Shown piece after piece: positions 1 through 13,570 of a DNA stretch of 64,000 nucleotides. How positions within the stretch are numbered: position 1 is the stretch's first letter; every line of letters begins with the position of its first letter. The stretch is from Camelus ferus (lineage: Eukaryota). The stretch covers positions 34,040,001 through 34,104,000 of the forward strand of contig NC_045697.1 of NCBI RefSeq assembly GCF_009834535.1, in the 5' to 3' direction. Below the pieces are notes generated by a model that did no database searches, was not told the DNA's origin, and saw nothing but the letters and a program-made list of their open reading frames with translations. A program made the translations under genes and the position numbers.

Positions 1-335
1 TGAGATTATACTGGGGGCATACTGGGTCTCATGTAATCACAAGGGTTCTTATACAAGGAAGACAGGAGAGTCAGAGGGTGAGAATGGAAGGAGACATTGG
101 AATGATGGAGGAAGACAGAGGAAGAGGGCATGAGCCAAGGAATGCAGGCAGTCTCTAGAAGCTGGAAAAGGCAAGGAAATAGATTCTTCCCTAGAGCCTC
201 CACAAGGAACACAGCCCTGCTGAAATCTTGATTTTAGGACTTCAAACCTCTAGAACTATAAGAGAGTAAATCTGTGTTGTTTTAAACCACTAAATTTATG
301 GTAACTTGCTATAAGGGCAATTGATAACTAATATA
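1..335 (+). mobile_element. MLT1 (MaLR) solo LTR, MLT1C/D-like, cut by the window edge
   Basis: Diagnostic segments gagccaaggaatgcaggcagtctctagaagctggaaaaggcaaggaa and ctgtgttgttttaaaccactaaattt…aactaatata. Confidence 0.85.
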
Positions 336-810
336 GTAAGAAAGATGCTTAGGACAATAGCTGTCATATATGATTTTAACATAATACTAGCTGAGATCAC
401 CCTGCCCCTTTAGATCTGGGTAAGAGTAGCTTAAATACACAACCCATTATTTGTGGGAGTCCAACACCTTCTGCAGGATTGCTGGGGCTTCCCAGAGGGT
501 TTCATGATTTGGCTACCTCTGGCTTTGAAGTTCAGGTCTTGCTGAATTGATTTAATTTACAGAATACTGTTCCATGAATACTGTCAAGATATGAAATTAA
601 GCCACTTTACAAGAGTATAAATCATTTACATAAAGCTTTAGTGTGGGGGGATTCTGGGATGGAGCTTGGTTTAGATAAATAGAGAAAAATTTATTATCAT
701 AGCAATGCAAAATCTTAAAATTGAATATTATATAAGACTGTTTTTGAAATATTTTACTACTCCATCATTTTGCTTTCCCACATCTAAATTCTTCTTAAAT
801 CTCACAGCAA

Positions 811-825
811 TTTATACATATATAT

Positions 826-876
<51 letters not shown>

Positions 877-887
877 ATATACACACA
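811..887. repeat. (TA)n/(CA)n microsatellite at the tail of the adjacent L1
   Basis: Interrupted TA run seen directly. Confidence 0.95.
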
Positions 888-1742
888 GAAGTATAGTCAG
901 TTTACAATGTTGCGTCAATTCCTGCTGTATGGCACAATACTTCAGTCATATAGGAACATACATATATTCGTTTTCATATTCTTTTTCACCATAAATTACC
1001 ACAAGATACTGAATATATTTCCCTGTGCTATACAGTATAAACTTGTTTATCTATTTTATATATAAGTTAATATCTGCAAATCACAAACTCCCAATTTATC
1101 CCTTCCCACCCTCTTCCCCCCACGGTAACCATAAGTTTGTTTTCTGTCTATGAGTGTGTTTCTATTTTGTAAATAAGTTCATTTGTCTTTTTTTTTTAGA
1201 TTCCACATATTAAGTGATATCATATTTTTCTTTCTCTTTCTGGCTTACTTCACTTAAATGACATTCTCCAGGTCCATCCATGTTGCTGCAAATGGTATTT
1301 TTCTTTTTTATGGCTGAGTAGTATTCCATTGTATAAGTATACCACAGTTTCTTTATCCAGTCATCTGTTGATGGACATTTAGGTTGTTTCCATTACTTGG
1401 CTATTGTAAATAGTATTGCTATGAACATTGGGGTGCATTTATCTTTTTGAATTAAGGTTTCCTTGGGAATACATACCCAGGAGTGGGATTGCTGGATCAT
1501 ATGGTAAGTCTATTTTTAGTCTTTTGAGGAATCTCCATACTGTTTTCCATAATGGCTGCACTAAACTGCATTTCCACCAACAGTGTGTGAGAGTTCCGTT
1601 TACTCCACAGCCTCTCCAGCATTTATCATTTGTGGACTTTTGAACGATGGCCATTCTGACTGGTGTGAGGTGATGTTACCTCATTGTAGTTTTGATTTGC
1701 ATTTCTCTGATAATTAGCGATATTGAGCATTTTTTCAAGTGC
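888..1742 (-). mobile_element. 5'-truncated LINE-1 (ORF2 C-terminus plus 3'UTR)
   Basis: Minus ORF 1439-1654 KCWRGCG…[41 protein letters not shown] is the L1 ORF2 C-terminal cysteine-rich domain. The 3'UTR resembles the copies at 7834 and 50942. Confidence 0.95.
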
Positions 1743-2320
1743 TTTTTGTTTCTCTATCATTCATGTCTCCTGCTCTCAGGATTTCACCTTCAAATACCAA
1801 GGTATTTCCCCAAATCTAGTAACCTACCTAAAATAAAATTTTGGTGCCAACTATGAAGATAATACATATTCTTTTCATCACTCAGAAAGGGAAAAAAAAT
1901 CTATGTGCTCATTGGTCATGACTCAGGCTAGCCCATCTGTCATCTTTCACTGGTATCTTTGGGTGATAAACCTAACATGGATTAAGGGTTCAGCCTGAAG
2001 GCCAAAAGAAGCCATGGAACATTCTACAAACAAACTTTACAAAGTGATACTGATATCAGTCTTATTACTGTTACTCTCTATCAATCTCATCAATCTTAGG
2101 GGTATGATTAGGATTCAGCATTTTCAGGCTTTTTTCCCCATCGTCTTTCTCATATTCCTTTCATACAGATTCTACCAAACTGTACAGTTATGCTCTACAG
2201 AGATCACATTTACAAATTGGAGTTCATTCCTATAAAATTGAAGATTATAGGGAAATCTCACCCAGATGTGCATAATTTGTTCATTTATTTATGTTCCCAT
2301 TCTTATTTGCAAAAGTGCAC

Positions 2321-2322
<2 letters not shown>

Positions 2323-2359
<37 letters not shown>
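2323..2359. repeat. (TG)18 microsatellite
   Basis: Seen directly. Confidence 0.97.
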
Positions 2360-2361
<2 letters not shown>

Positions 2362-4714
2362 CTAGGTTTTAGGCTAGTTAAGGGCCGGGACTTCCTGGAT
2401 TGTGTTTTATCAGCAATAAGAGTCATGCTGCCCTTAGACATCAAATGTACATAACTTGTGATAACAGGGACTGAAGCTCAATGACCATGCAGCCTACATC
2501 TTAATAAATAAATACTACAGCAACATGATTTCCATTCATTCCAAAGTATCGTGGAACCATAGTTTCTAACTAAGAGCTGATTATAGTGTTCTAACCTAAC
2601 CTTTAAAATGTTAATAAATTGGATTATAGTGTAAGTCATTCTAAATGTCTTTGAAAGAAGACATGAATGTTACACTGTCACGAATCTGCACCTTTGGGAA
2701 GTCTGTGTTCAGAAAAGCCGTCAGTTAATGCTTTTGCCTTTAGCTGGTTCTAGTCTATTGTACTTTCATTTGCTATCAGCCAATGGTCATATTTTCACAC
2801 AGTCAGAATGAATGACTTGAGTGTTAAAAGTCAAAAACAAAATTCACAAAACACTTCAGTCTCAAAGCCCTCAATTCATCTAGTTTTGTGATTTTTGGCA
2901 CCTTTGCCTCCATAGAGGATTTTGAATATCAGGCTGCTTCAACCTCAGTGTGAGAACATTTCCATGAAGGTGTGTTAATTAAGTGTAGAGATGACTAACC
3001 ACTGCTGAGTAATCACATTATGCAAGATGAAAAAATGGAAACACAGAGAGTAGTCATTCTTAGAGATGTTCATTGCTACTTCACACCCAGAAGTTAAGAC
3101 CTCAACAGAACTCTGCTAGGGACATCATCTCTCTTTTTGTTGATGATCCTGGGAATTCTTGCTGAGCAATTTTTCTCACAAAGAGCACAGGACACTCAGC
3201 TCCCTTAGTCATAAGTATTACAAAATCTAGATACGCCAAATCCTTAAGTTAGCAGAGACTGACATTCAGTTGCATAAATTTTTACAGGCCACAACATGAA
3301 TTTATGCTTACCTACTTGCATAATAGTCCCTCTTTTGAGTCTCAAAGATCTCTCTCTTCTTGGGTAAGAGATTTTACAGGTCCCTGGTGACTGTATTTGT
3401 GTCTAAATAATTTGGGGATAGTTAGCACCTAAGCCACATTGGGCCAATGAAATCCTCTTGAGAATTTTGGAGGTAGATTCCAAACTTTGGAAAGGTAGAT
3501 CCCAAGAAGGTAGCTGTTTCACTAATGTCAGTGCTCTCCAAAGAGAGGCAGGCATTTCCCGCTGCTCAAGGTCTTGGAGCTGCCTTAATTTCGTCTCTTT
3601 CTAAGTTGTGACTACTTAACTGTCTTTAGTGTCTTAATGGAACAGGAAAAGTGAGTTCCCCTAGGACATCATAGTTGAAAACACATCAGGTCATGGGCAA
3701 GTTTCTGGTGTGATGTGCAGTTTCCCAAGGTGATATCAATTCAATTTATATTTATTAATTTCTGAATGGATTGGTCATAACAGATAGTAACAGTAAACTC
3801 AGTTACGATTTTCAAGAGCTTTTTTTAATTACTCCCAGCTGTAGTACCCATATGCATGAGATATGATCTTCATTTTACAGACAATGCTTTGTTGGCTTTT
3901 TAAATTGTTTTGTAAAAATTCCAGAGCCTCACAATGTGTGAATCAGTGGTTCAGCGTAAGATTTTGATGCATGTTCTGATTTTGATATGATATAGTTAAC
4001 TAACCAGATGGCACGTGTCTAAAACTGATGTCAATTAAGTGAGAAAAGTTGACCAATGGGGCTCAAATGCTGTTATCAAATATCCCAAAAGCTCTTCAAT
4101 AATTCCACACATATCTTATTCTAATTTTATTTTTTAAATTATACTGATTTTAAACTATAAGCATGTATGCCATAATATGGCCTATGCCACATTTTAATGC
4201 ACTAAAGACCATCATAATATTAACTTGTGCTTCCAGGTTAGCTTATGCAGAGTGTGGAGCACCAAGTAAGGCTTTCCTTTAATCCACTGCTATATACCTA
4301 CTGGAGAAAAGCCACCTATGAATGCATCTGAATCATTTACAAAGGTGCTGTTGATTATAGAGGAGGTTACAGAACAGATGGGTGTTTTCCTCCCTAATTC
4401 ACAGTAGCCCATGTCTGATCCTGTATAATTTTAGAAGTGTTTCCATATTTATTAGGATTTTCTCAATACCGTACAAATAAAATACAACACAAAAATAATT
4501 GGTGCTGAGGGAGATTTAAGACCATAATTCTCATCATAATCCCTGCTTTCAAATTTGTGTGCTCATTAAAATAGATGTCAATGTTTGAATTTATAAGGTT
4601 ATTAACAAAATATGGCTTTCACTTATTTCATTTGTATTTTGTATATTGAAGTTCTCTATAAGATCTCATTTTATTAAAAGTTTCCTCAGAGGAAAAATGA
4701 AAGCAGCTTTGTAG

Positions 4715-4929
4715 CAGAGTTTTTCAACCTTGACACTAATGACATTTCGGAATAAATAAATCTTGGATGCTGTCCTGGGGGGCATTGTAGAAAGTTTAGT
4801 GGCATTCCTGGCCTCCACCCACTAGATGTCAGTATCAACCTTCCATCCCCGGCTCCACAATCAAAACTGTCTCCAGATATTGTCAAATGTCCCCTGTTGG
4901 GAAAAATTATCCCCAGTTGAAAAGAATTG
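4715..4929 (-). mobile_element. MER20 hAT-Charlie DNA transposon
   Basis: cctggcctccacccactagatg…tgtctccagatattgtcaaatgtcccctg…cagttgaaaa is the reverse of the MER20 consensus. Confidence 0.85.
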
Positions 4930-6667
4930 GCTAAGTCATAACGTCATAGAGATGGCCACACTTTAGTAATTCCTAGAGAATATTTGCAATTTCAAAAACT
5001 TTTAAAATTCATGAGTAGCTGTTAAACAAAGAATATAGTAAAAAGATAATGTTTTTGAGACTTTTAAAAAATTTATTATGTTGTCTTATTGAAGATGTTT
5101 GAAACACTTTGCAGACCATAAAAATAATGTTGCAGAATTGTATTTTCAGACTACAAAAGATAGTTATGATATATTGTTAAACAAAAAAATTAATTCATAT
5201 GATTATGAGTGCAGTAAGTAAGAAGTAATCTAGTAAAATCCTCCTATGTGCTAAATTATGGAATATGACCAGTTTTCAAATTTTTTAAAACATATTTAAA
5301 AAAATTTTTAAATTAACTTTAAAATTCATTTTACTCTTGCCTAATGCTCAAATCAATCTGATTAGTTGACCGCCATTTGCCTAAGAAAAGCTTCAAAGGA
5401 AATCTCTACTTTCATCTTTCATAAAGAAAGCCAAAGAGAAATTAGGAAGATCTAGGGGTTTTCTTAATAATGTTTTTAAGAAGATGCCTGTTAGGTGAAT
5501 ACAAATGACTAAAACAATAACTGGCCTTGGCAGCCTCAAAAATCATAGGTATGAAAAGTACTTTGTCAAATTGACATACACTGTTGAAGGGAGTATAAAT
5601 CGGCTCGATTTCTGTGAATAGCAATGTGGCAAAATTTAAAATGCATATACCATTTTTTCTAACAATTTCCTTTTGAGAAATAGCCAGTCAATGTAGTCAG
5701 ATACAGTAGCATCTACCAGTATATTCAGAGCATCTTTATTTGTAAAAGATACGAAACAACATAAATGCACCCCCCCCAAGTCTGATTAGGAAAAAAATTA
5801 TGCTATTTCCATGCAACTCAACATATTGTAGTAAAATTTTCTTACGGGCAGCTTATTGACTCATATAGAACCAAATCCAAGATGCATTGTCAATGAAAAC
5901 AAGCCATATTCAAAGCAGGGTGCTTGCTGGGCTTCTAACTAAGAAGTTCCCCCTAAGAAGATACAGGTGGGCTTCTATTTGTACACAGAGTATATGTGGA
6001 AATTTTCCAACTTTGTAGCTCCTGGGGATTAAAGCCAAAAGAAAACTTATTATTAAATTTGAATTTTGAATTCTTTAAATTATGATTACACATTACTTTG
6101 TGAAAGAGGACCACGTAATTACTTTTTTTTTTAAGAAAGTACTTTCTCAGTTCCAAAGTGATATTGCATGTTTGTATGAGTGGACTAGCCATATGAATCG
6201 AGCTACTCTCAGACCCCACAGTCCAGGAAACCAGCCCAAGCACGAGAAAAATGGAGGGACAATGGGGACCCGGGTAGGCTATCTGGAGTCAGGAGCCTTG
6301 GGTTTACATAAATGCATAAGCTGAACTGGAGTCGGTAGGTATGGTGTAAACATCCATCCTAGGATAGCGTTTCTTTCCTGGTTATGTACTATCTATCTAC
6401 TGAGTACAGGTGGACCAGGGCCTCAGCGATGAATCTGATGGATCTCTCTAACAGTGGGGAATGTGAGTCAGAAAGGACGAATTTTGTTGTTGTTGTTGTT
6501 GTTGCTTTTGCTGTCTTATTATTAGGTTGTAGCAGGAGAGGAAGGTGGGCTTTGATGCACAACGTAGATATTCTCCTGCTCATAAAGCCAGACTTGCTGC
6601 AGATATTGGCAGAGACATTGCTAGGATGCTAGTAAATATAGGAAGGACAATGGGATAATAATAGCTC

Positions 6668-6890
6668 TAATAATGGCCATCATTTGTGGAGCACTGACAA
6701 AGCAGAGGGCACTGGGCTAAAAGCTTTGCGCACATTATCTCTCTCAGTCTTCACAGCCATTCTAGGCAGTCGATGTTTTGATTGATAAGGGGACTGAGGC
6801 TCCTAGAGATAAATTAACTAGCCCCAGCTCCCACCACCAGTGAGCAGCAAAGAAAGACTCAAACGCAATCTGCCTGCCTTCAAAATCTTT
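6668..6890 (-). mobile_element. MIR SINE about 100 bp upstream of the exon
   Basis: ggcactgggctaaaagcttt…gataaggggactgaggctcctagag matches the reverse MIR core. Confidence 0.7.
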
Positions 6891-6994
6891 AATCACAGAA
6901 TTTTGATGCCAGCTGGTAGGCATGAGTTTGGCTGGGAAGCCTGGGAATGAAAGTTATCATCCTTACGATGTTGTCTTTTCTCTCACCCTGACAG

Positions 6995-7077
6995 GATCAC
7001 AACCACAGCTGCCTGCATGATGGATCTACGGAGATATCCTCTGGACGAGCAAAACTGCACCCTGGAGATTGAAAGTT
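6995..7077 (+). CDS. GABRB1: Internal 83-nt coding exon (Cys-loop exon, exon 5 by usual numbering) of a GABA-A receptor beta subunit, most likely beta-1
   Basis: Acceptor ttgtcttttctctcaccctgacag|G ends at 6994 and donor T|gtgagt starts at 7078. Translation is (R)[27 protein letters not shown](Y), the C-x13-C Cys-loop with an NCT sequon. The peptide is shared by beta1-3. Beta1 is preferred from recalled nucleotide similarity (…CTGCACCCTGGAGATtGAAAGTT) and from the very long downstream intron, which argues against GABRB3. GABRB2 is not fully excluded. Confidence 0.9.
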
Positions 7078-7833
7078 GTGAGTTACTTGGGCAGGGGAAC
7101 AAAAAGGAGGGATGTTGGCTTGACCCAATTAAATTCAACCTCATACTGAGTAATTGGTACCAAGATATTTTAACTACACTATCCTGCCTACTTTTCAAAG
7201 GGTTCACAGTCTAGTGACATTTTCCTTTATAATGCTGATTTAAGGTTCATTTCAATAGTTATCTTTTGGAACCATTAAGGAAAGTCTACTTATTTTAGCT
7301 GGACAATTTATAAACTCATACTTTCTCCTTCTCAGAATCAAGTTTCTCCTAAGGCCTCCTAATACCCAAGCTGCGACAATAACAGGGAAAATAGTTTAAT
7401 ATGAAAAGACTTTGTGAGATTGTTTTTGGTTCTATAGTCTGTCTACCTGAAGGACTGTAAATTGTTGTCTTTTAGAAAAACTGTGTTAAAGTCTTGTGTG
7501 CAGTCATCTTTCTTCAAGGGAAGAACAAGATGATAAATGGTATTTATGAGGCTTGTGGTTTAAGCCAAAGACTTAATGACTGATTTTGGTTTGTCCTCTT
7601 AGGTTGTTTTTCATTGATTGCTTTACTGAATATTTTAGTCACTAAGATTTAATCGATTGCTTATCTTTGTTTCATTGTTTCTCAACTATCAACGTTCAAG
7701 CATTTGAGCCCATTTATACCAGGCAAGGCCATTTCCTGGTATTCAGGGGCACAGAAAGTGCAGTAGGTAATTCAGAGCATTGTAATACCACTTAATGTAA
7801 TGTGAGAAGAGATATATTTCTTTAGATCATTTA

Positions 7834-8748
7834 TTTTTTTAATTTTTTATTGAAGTATAGTTGATATACAATGTTGTGCTCATTTCAGGTGTACAGCAAA
7901 GTGATTCAGTTACACATATACATAAATATATGTATATAGGCTTTCTTAGATTCTTTTCCATTATAGGCTATTAAAACATACTGAATATAGTTCCCTGTGC
8001 TATACAGTAGGTCCTTGTTGTTTATCTATTTTCTGTTGTATATATTAATCGCAAACTCCTAATTTAAGTTAAATAAATCCCTTCCCCCCACCCCTTTCTC
8101 CTTTGGTAGCCATAGTTTGTTTTCTATGTCTGTGAGTCTATTTCTGCTTTGTAAATAATTTCATTTGTATCATTTTTTTGATTCCACCACATAAGTGATA
8201 CCATATGATATTTGTCTTTCTCTGACTTACTTCACTTAGTCTGATCATTTCTGGGTCCATCCATGTTGCTGTGAATGGTATTATTTTATTCTTTTTATGG
8301 CTGAGTAGTATTTCATTATATATATATATATACATATGCACACACACACACACACACAGATATAGATATAGATTCAGACACATATACATACATACCATAT
8401 CTTCTTTATCCAGTCATCTATCAATGGACATTTAGGTTGCTTTCATGTCTTGGCTATTGTAAATAGTGCTGCTATGAACACTGAGGTGCATGTATCTTCC
8501 TGAATTAGAGTTTTCTCTGAATATATGCCCAGGGGTTGGATTACAAGATCATAGGATAACTATTTTTAGTTTTTTAAGGAACTTCCTTACTGTTCCCCAT
8601 AGTGGCTGTAACAATTTACATTCCCACCAGTGGTGTAGGAGGGTTCCTTTCTCTCCATACCCTCTCCATCTGTGGGCCTTTTAATGATGGCCATTCTGAC
8701 TGGTGTGAGGTGACACCTCATTGTAGTTTCGATTTGCATTTCTCTTAG
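7834..8748 (-). mobile_element. 5'-truncated LINE-1 with 12-bp target-site duplication
   Basis: TSD ttagatcattta at 7822-7833 and 8749-8760, in a TTT/AAAA endonuclease context. Minus ORF 8138-8398 (IIPFTATWMDPEMIRLSEVSQRK) is the ORF2 end. Internal (TA)/(CA) microsatellite at ~8318-8395. Confidence 0.95.
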
Positions 8749-9655
8749 TTAGATCATTTAAAATACTTTCAAAATGGTAAAGAAAAAGGGAAAATTTCAG
8801 GTGATCTTCTAGTATTATTAAAGAATAAATGTATTCTCCATTGTCTGATTAATAAGTAATTACATTCTAGTTTCTACTGAATACAGACATAGACATAAAG
8901 ATGCTTATGCAAATATAGATATAGATTCAGACATAGCCATTGATCTGTTACCAGTAGAACTTGGAATGAACAAGAAAATTCATGAACTATTCTTTAATTA
9001 ATATTCTAATTTTACAATGCATTAAATAAATAAGTTGGTTGAAAGGTGTTAACATGTGAAAGTATTAATGGTGACTTTTGATTTAAATGACAACCAAATT
9101 CAAACTATAGAATGAAATATAAGCTCAATTATTTATTAATGACTAATAATGTTTTATAAATAAGGCAGAACTTTAGCTAAGCAAGTAAACCATTAGCTTT
9201 TGGAATTGACATAGAAAGAGAAGGATAATTCACGAATTGCTCATTCATATGGGTTGCATTTTACCCTTGACCCCTATTCCATTGATAGTGATTTTTTTAC
9301 CTTTGCTTCTGCTGGACAACATTAGGATATGACAGTCTGTCAAAATTCCAAGATCTTATATTTACATCATTCACTTAAAGAAGCAATGAATTTTGACAAG
9401 TGCTTGAATTGATTCTGTGCATAAATTCAAAGTGCTAAAATCATCAGCATTTTCTCCCAAAGTGCATATTTTATTTTATAGGCAATTTTCTTTTATACAG
9501 GCAATTTTCTTTATTCGTATTTAGACAATAGATGACTTTTGGGTTTATTTATCATATCACACAATGAGCAAAACCAAAACTATAAATGAGGTAGAAATGA
9601 CTTTGTGGGGTAAGGATGGGGGAGACCCAAGCAATCAGAGAGTCAAAAGTTATTC

Positions 9656-9824
9656 CGTACTGTATAGCACGGGGAGATATATACAAGATCTTATGGTAGC
9701 TCACAGAGAAAAAAATGTGACAATGGATATATATATGTTCATGTATAACTGAAAAATTGTGCTCTACACTGGAATTTGACACAACATTGTAAAATGATCA
9801 TAAATCAGTAAAAAATGTCTAAAA
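9656..9824 (+). mobile_element. Short L1 3'-end (about 170 bp) with 11-bp TSD
   Basis: TSD aaaagttattc at 9645-9655 and 9825-9835. Body (ctgtatagcacgggga…acaacattgtaaa) is the reverse complement homolog of the L1 3' ends at 888 and 7834. Confidence 0.9.
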
Positions 9825-10189
9825 AAAAGTTATTCTGAAATATGGTGTCAGGCAACGGGTGACCACCCAGACATATAATAATCATTGAGGCAATTCAATA
9901 AAATGCAATCAGTCCTCTGGACAGATGGATGAAGCATAGCAACTGGGACCCTAAAACCAGTCAATACAGAGGACTAGGGGCAGATGGCGACCATCATCAA
10001 TGTGATCCAACAACAGGTCACAAAACTCTAGTTCCTAAAGTTGTTTACCTAAAGCAAAGCAAAAACTCAGGCCTGTAAGAACTGGTGTAGTGAAAAGTCT
10101 GTGAAGACAGGAACTTGGAAGAAAGGGAAAGAAAACAAGGAACTGCCTTCTATTTGCCAGAAAAATGCTAGGCATTAATAGAATACCTC

Positions 10190-10325
10190 TCTAACAGAAG
10201 TCTTTCCAACAACATTTGAGAGAGAATGTATCTGAGGCTCAGAGAAGTAAAATAACTTACCTGGGGCCACAAGACAAGGATAGTGGTGAAGTGGGGACTC
10301 AAACTCAAGTAATTGACTCCCTGTA
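10190..10325 (-). mobile_element. MIR fragment
   Basis: ctgaggctcagagaagtaaaataacttacctggggccaca matches the MIR core. Confidence 0.7.
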
Positions 10326-11899
10326 ATAGAATCCTGCCATCAGCTGTGAGCAAGGAAGCAGAACATCGGTGATTAGAAGTACAGCACCCATCAGAACCAC
10401 TCACAGCTAGGTCGAGGATGCTGAATCAACTAAAGACTGGTCTATATTTCCTAAAATTATCCCTGATCAAGGTTAGAGTAGATCCTAGAAGCTGAAGCAT
10501 AATTTAGCTTTTAGGTCAAGGGTCAAATGATTGTGGAGAAAGGGTAGTCTGTGGATGCAGGAAACCAAGTGGTCCTGATTCCCTTGATGTTACCCTGAAA
10601 TAAATTTAGAAGCCTCAAATGGCAACATTTCTTGGCCCTAAAACTGTACTTAAAGTGTATCCCTTCTCAATAAGAGGTAAACCAATGTAAAGAGATCCTG
10701 AATCTTAAGAGTAGTAACTTCAAACAATGAAGTAACATACGGCAATAATATGGAGTCCAAATGAGCTTTGCTTGTTCCTGCCTAAGTACGTAATCAATAT
10801 GTTGCTAAGTGTTAATAAATACTGAATCTGTTATTCTGTCTGTTTTTTAACTCTTCACAAGGAAACATGTGTTGCATTATTTGCTAAAACAGCTCTCCCT
10901 GATTTGACATTTTATTAAGACTACAACTCAGCTTTAAAGTGATTACAAATGAGAGGGTCTAGTGTCAGTTGGGGAATAAGAATGATAAGGTAGACATTCC
11001 GCCAGTATAAGATTGAACCAATCATAGTTTTGTGACAAACAGAGTAGAAATTTTACCTACCTTACAGACTGTACTCATTTGTATTCTCTTTCATTACAAC
11101 CCCAAGGATAGAGAAATGTTTTCCTTGGGTAGGTCCTTTGAGGAAAATTGAAGATGTTTTGCTTTCTTTAATGTCATCTAATCGAGTAAAATTAGAAAGG
11201 CCATAAAGACTTGTTAAATTGAAAGTTTACTTGAACTTGGAGCAGATTAATAGCTTCATAGCCCTGGGATGCTATAAAATAAGTTAATGGCACATGGAAA
11301 AATCAATCAAGGAGTTTAGTACTAAGAAGATTAGGAATTAAAATCAATAAAGCTATCATGTGAAGGTTTGATAGCCACAAGCCTCATGGAAATATAGAAA
11401 GGGTTTGGGACAACAGTCATGGAGGCGTCAAATGTCTTTCCCTGTTTATTTTCTGCAGTGGCTATTGAGGGAAATCTCACCCTATCTCACATTCTCAATG
11501 TCAGCAGTCAAGGCCGTCTCTCACTATACCCAACCCCCAAAGCAGAAGCCACTTCAGGTCTGAAATCTCTCAGAAGTCTCACCCATCTTCTTCTCAACAC
11601 CCTTATATCGTCACCATGCTAAGTTAGCCCTCTGTATTTCAGCGGAAGTGGAGCTCCTGTGCCTTTTATAGCTGACCCTGCCCTCAGTGCTCAGGATTTC
11701 CATCTCTTTCTTCCTCCTCTGGGAACTGATTTTCTCAGGTTCACACACACCTCCACCCCTGATCTTTCAGATCCTCATTCTCACTCTCTCTACTACCTCT
11801 TTCTTCACAGCCTAAAAAAAAAACAAAAAAAACAAAAAAAACAACCTGTAATCGCTTCTCGTCACAAAACACCTCTCCTCTACCCTCACACCTCCCCTT

Positions 11900-12630
11900 A
11901 AGCTTTTCCTAATCTATTTCCTTTTGCAAAATTACTTGAAAGAATGGTCTATATCCTTGTCTATTGTCTGAGCAGCCTCTCAACCCACTGTAATCTGGAA
12001 CCTGCTGACCCATCTCCCGTGTCCACTGACAGTGTTCCCAGAAAGGTGAAAAATGACCTCTCTTTACATCTTTTTTGCAATGATCTCCAAATCTGTATCT
12101 TCAGCTCAAATCTCTTCTAAGCCCCAGAAGGACATACATAGCACTCTTCTGGGCATAACTACTTTGATGTTTCAAAGGCATCTTAAATTTAATTGGCTTA
12201 AAATTTTTTTTATCAATTTTCCCCTCACAAATGAGTTTCCTTCCCAGCCTCCTTAATCTCATTATCCAACGAGAATCCTAGGATTAACTGTTGACATCTC
12301 TCTCTCCATTACATTCCTCCTATCCAATCTATTGTCAAGTACTATCCATTCTACTCGCAAGATATTTATCAAACCTTTTCATTTCTCTCCAGCCCTACTG
12401 CCACCAATCTTCTCCAAACCGCCATGACTTCTTGCCTGAATCATTGCAGCAGTCTTCCTGCTGGTCTTCTTGCTTTCACCCCTAACTCCCTCCAACTCAT
12501 TCTCTACCCGGTAGCCAGAGTGAACTTTGCACGATGTAAACTGGGTTATGTTATTCTGTGCTTTAAAATAGTCAAAGATTTCCCATTGTACCAAGAAAAC
12601 TCTCCACACTTCCTCATTTGACTTTCAAGT
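11900..12630 (+). mobile_element. LINE-2 fragment (RT C-terminal region)
   Basis: ORF 12053-12256 (…LLGITTLMFQRHLKFN) resembles L2 LLDISTWMS.RHLKLN. Pyrimidine-rich L2 segments follow (gcagcagtcttcctgctggtct, gtagccagagtgaacttt). Confidence 0.75.
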
Positions 12631-13570
12631 TTCTGGGTGACTGGCTCTCCCTCAAAATTAAAAGTCTGGTTTTAATTTTTTCAGATAAGATTTAAGGCAG
12701 GGAATTTTTTTTACTTGCAATAAAATATTCTTTAATTTATATAATTTTATATTCATGCTTTAAGACTATCTCAGAAATTTAAGATTGTAAACGTGTCAAC
12801 CAAGAGCCAAATAGAGGAAACTTAACATTCTAATTATTTTAGGAATTTTCATAAGCTGGTAACTGTGAGGAACCACTGTGAATTTCTTGCTTCACTTGGG
12901 TCATGAACTGTCTGCATCACTCCCACCTGAACCACAATCAATTTATCAAACAAAGGTAGCATTTAGTGATACCTGGTTATTTTTACACTTATTTCTTATT
13001 TTAAAGAAATGGTTTAGAAACTTTCAACTTGGGCATTGTCTTAATATATTCAATTTAATGAACCATCTATTCAGTCCACCTCTCAGTCTCAGAATATTGT
13101 CATTGTGTTGATTTAAATGCCTTGGTAGTAACAACATGTGCACAGAAGGCCAGGCCATAGTCAAGTTTGATTATTTCCAAAATAATTTTTTCCTTGCCCA
13201 CAAAAATAGCAAGTAACAAGAAAAATGTGATAAAATGGCTTAAATTAACTATGGAAAATTCGCTGAGAAAATGTGAGGTTTACAGAGCTGGGATGCTAAG
13301 TGTTACTTACATAATGTGTTACATTCACACCTGGCAATAAAATAAGTACAGTGTCCAGACCTGAGGCAGGAGCAGCTCCACAAAGGTCTGCCCTTGTAAA
13401 GTCACATGTGAAGAACTGTGTCCAATTCTCAATGCCATGTTAAGATAATTTCCTTCAGAGCAAGAGACCAAGATATTTAGGAAGATGATGATAGGGAGGC
13501 ATACTAGCCTTTTCTGGATGTTTTAAATGCTACCATAGAGAAGAGAAATCTTATTTTTGATGTTGCCCCA

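Noticed and set aside
6995..7077. Assignment to GABRB3
   Set aside because: As I recall, the next exon in GABRB3 lies only a few kb downstream. None was found here in 57 kb.
7017..7214. 65-aa ORF as a standalone or extended protein
   Set aside because: Only 7017-7077 is exon. The remainder is read-through past a canonical GTGAGT donor.
9480..9512. Short direct repeat aggcaattttcttt (period 19), and a similar degenerate one at ~3465-3512
   Set aside because: Ordinary small slippage duplications with no array or spacer structure.
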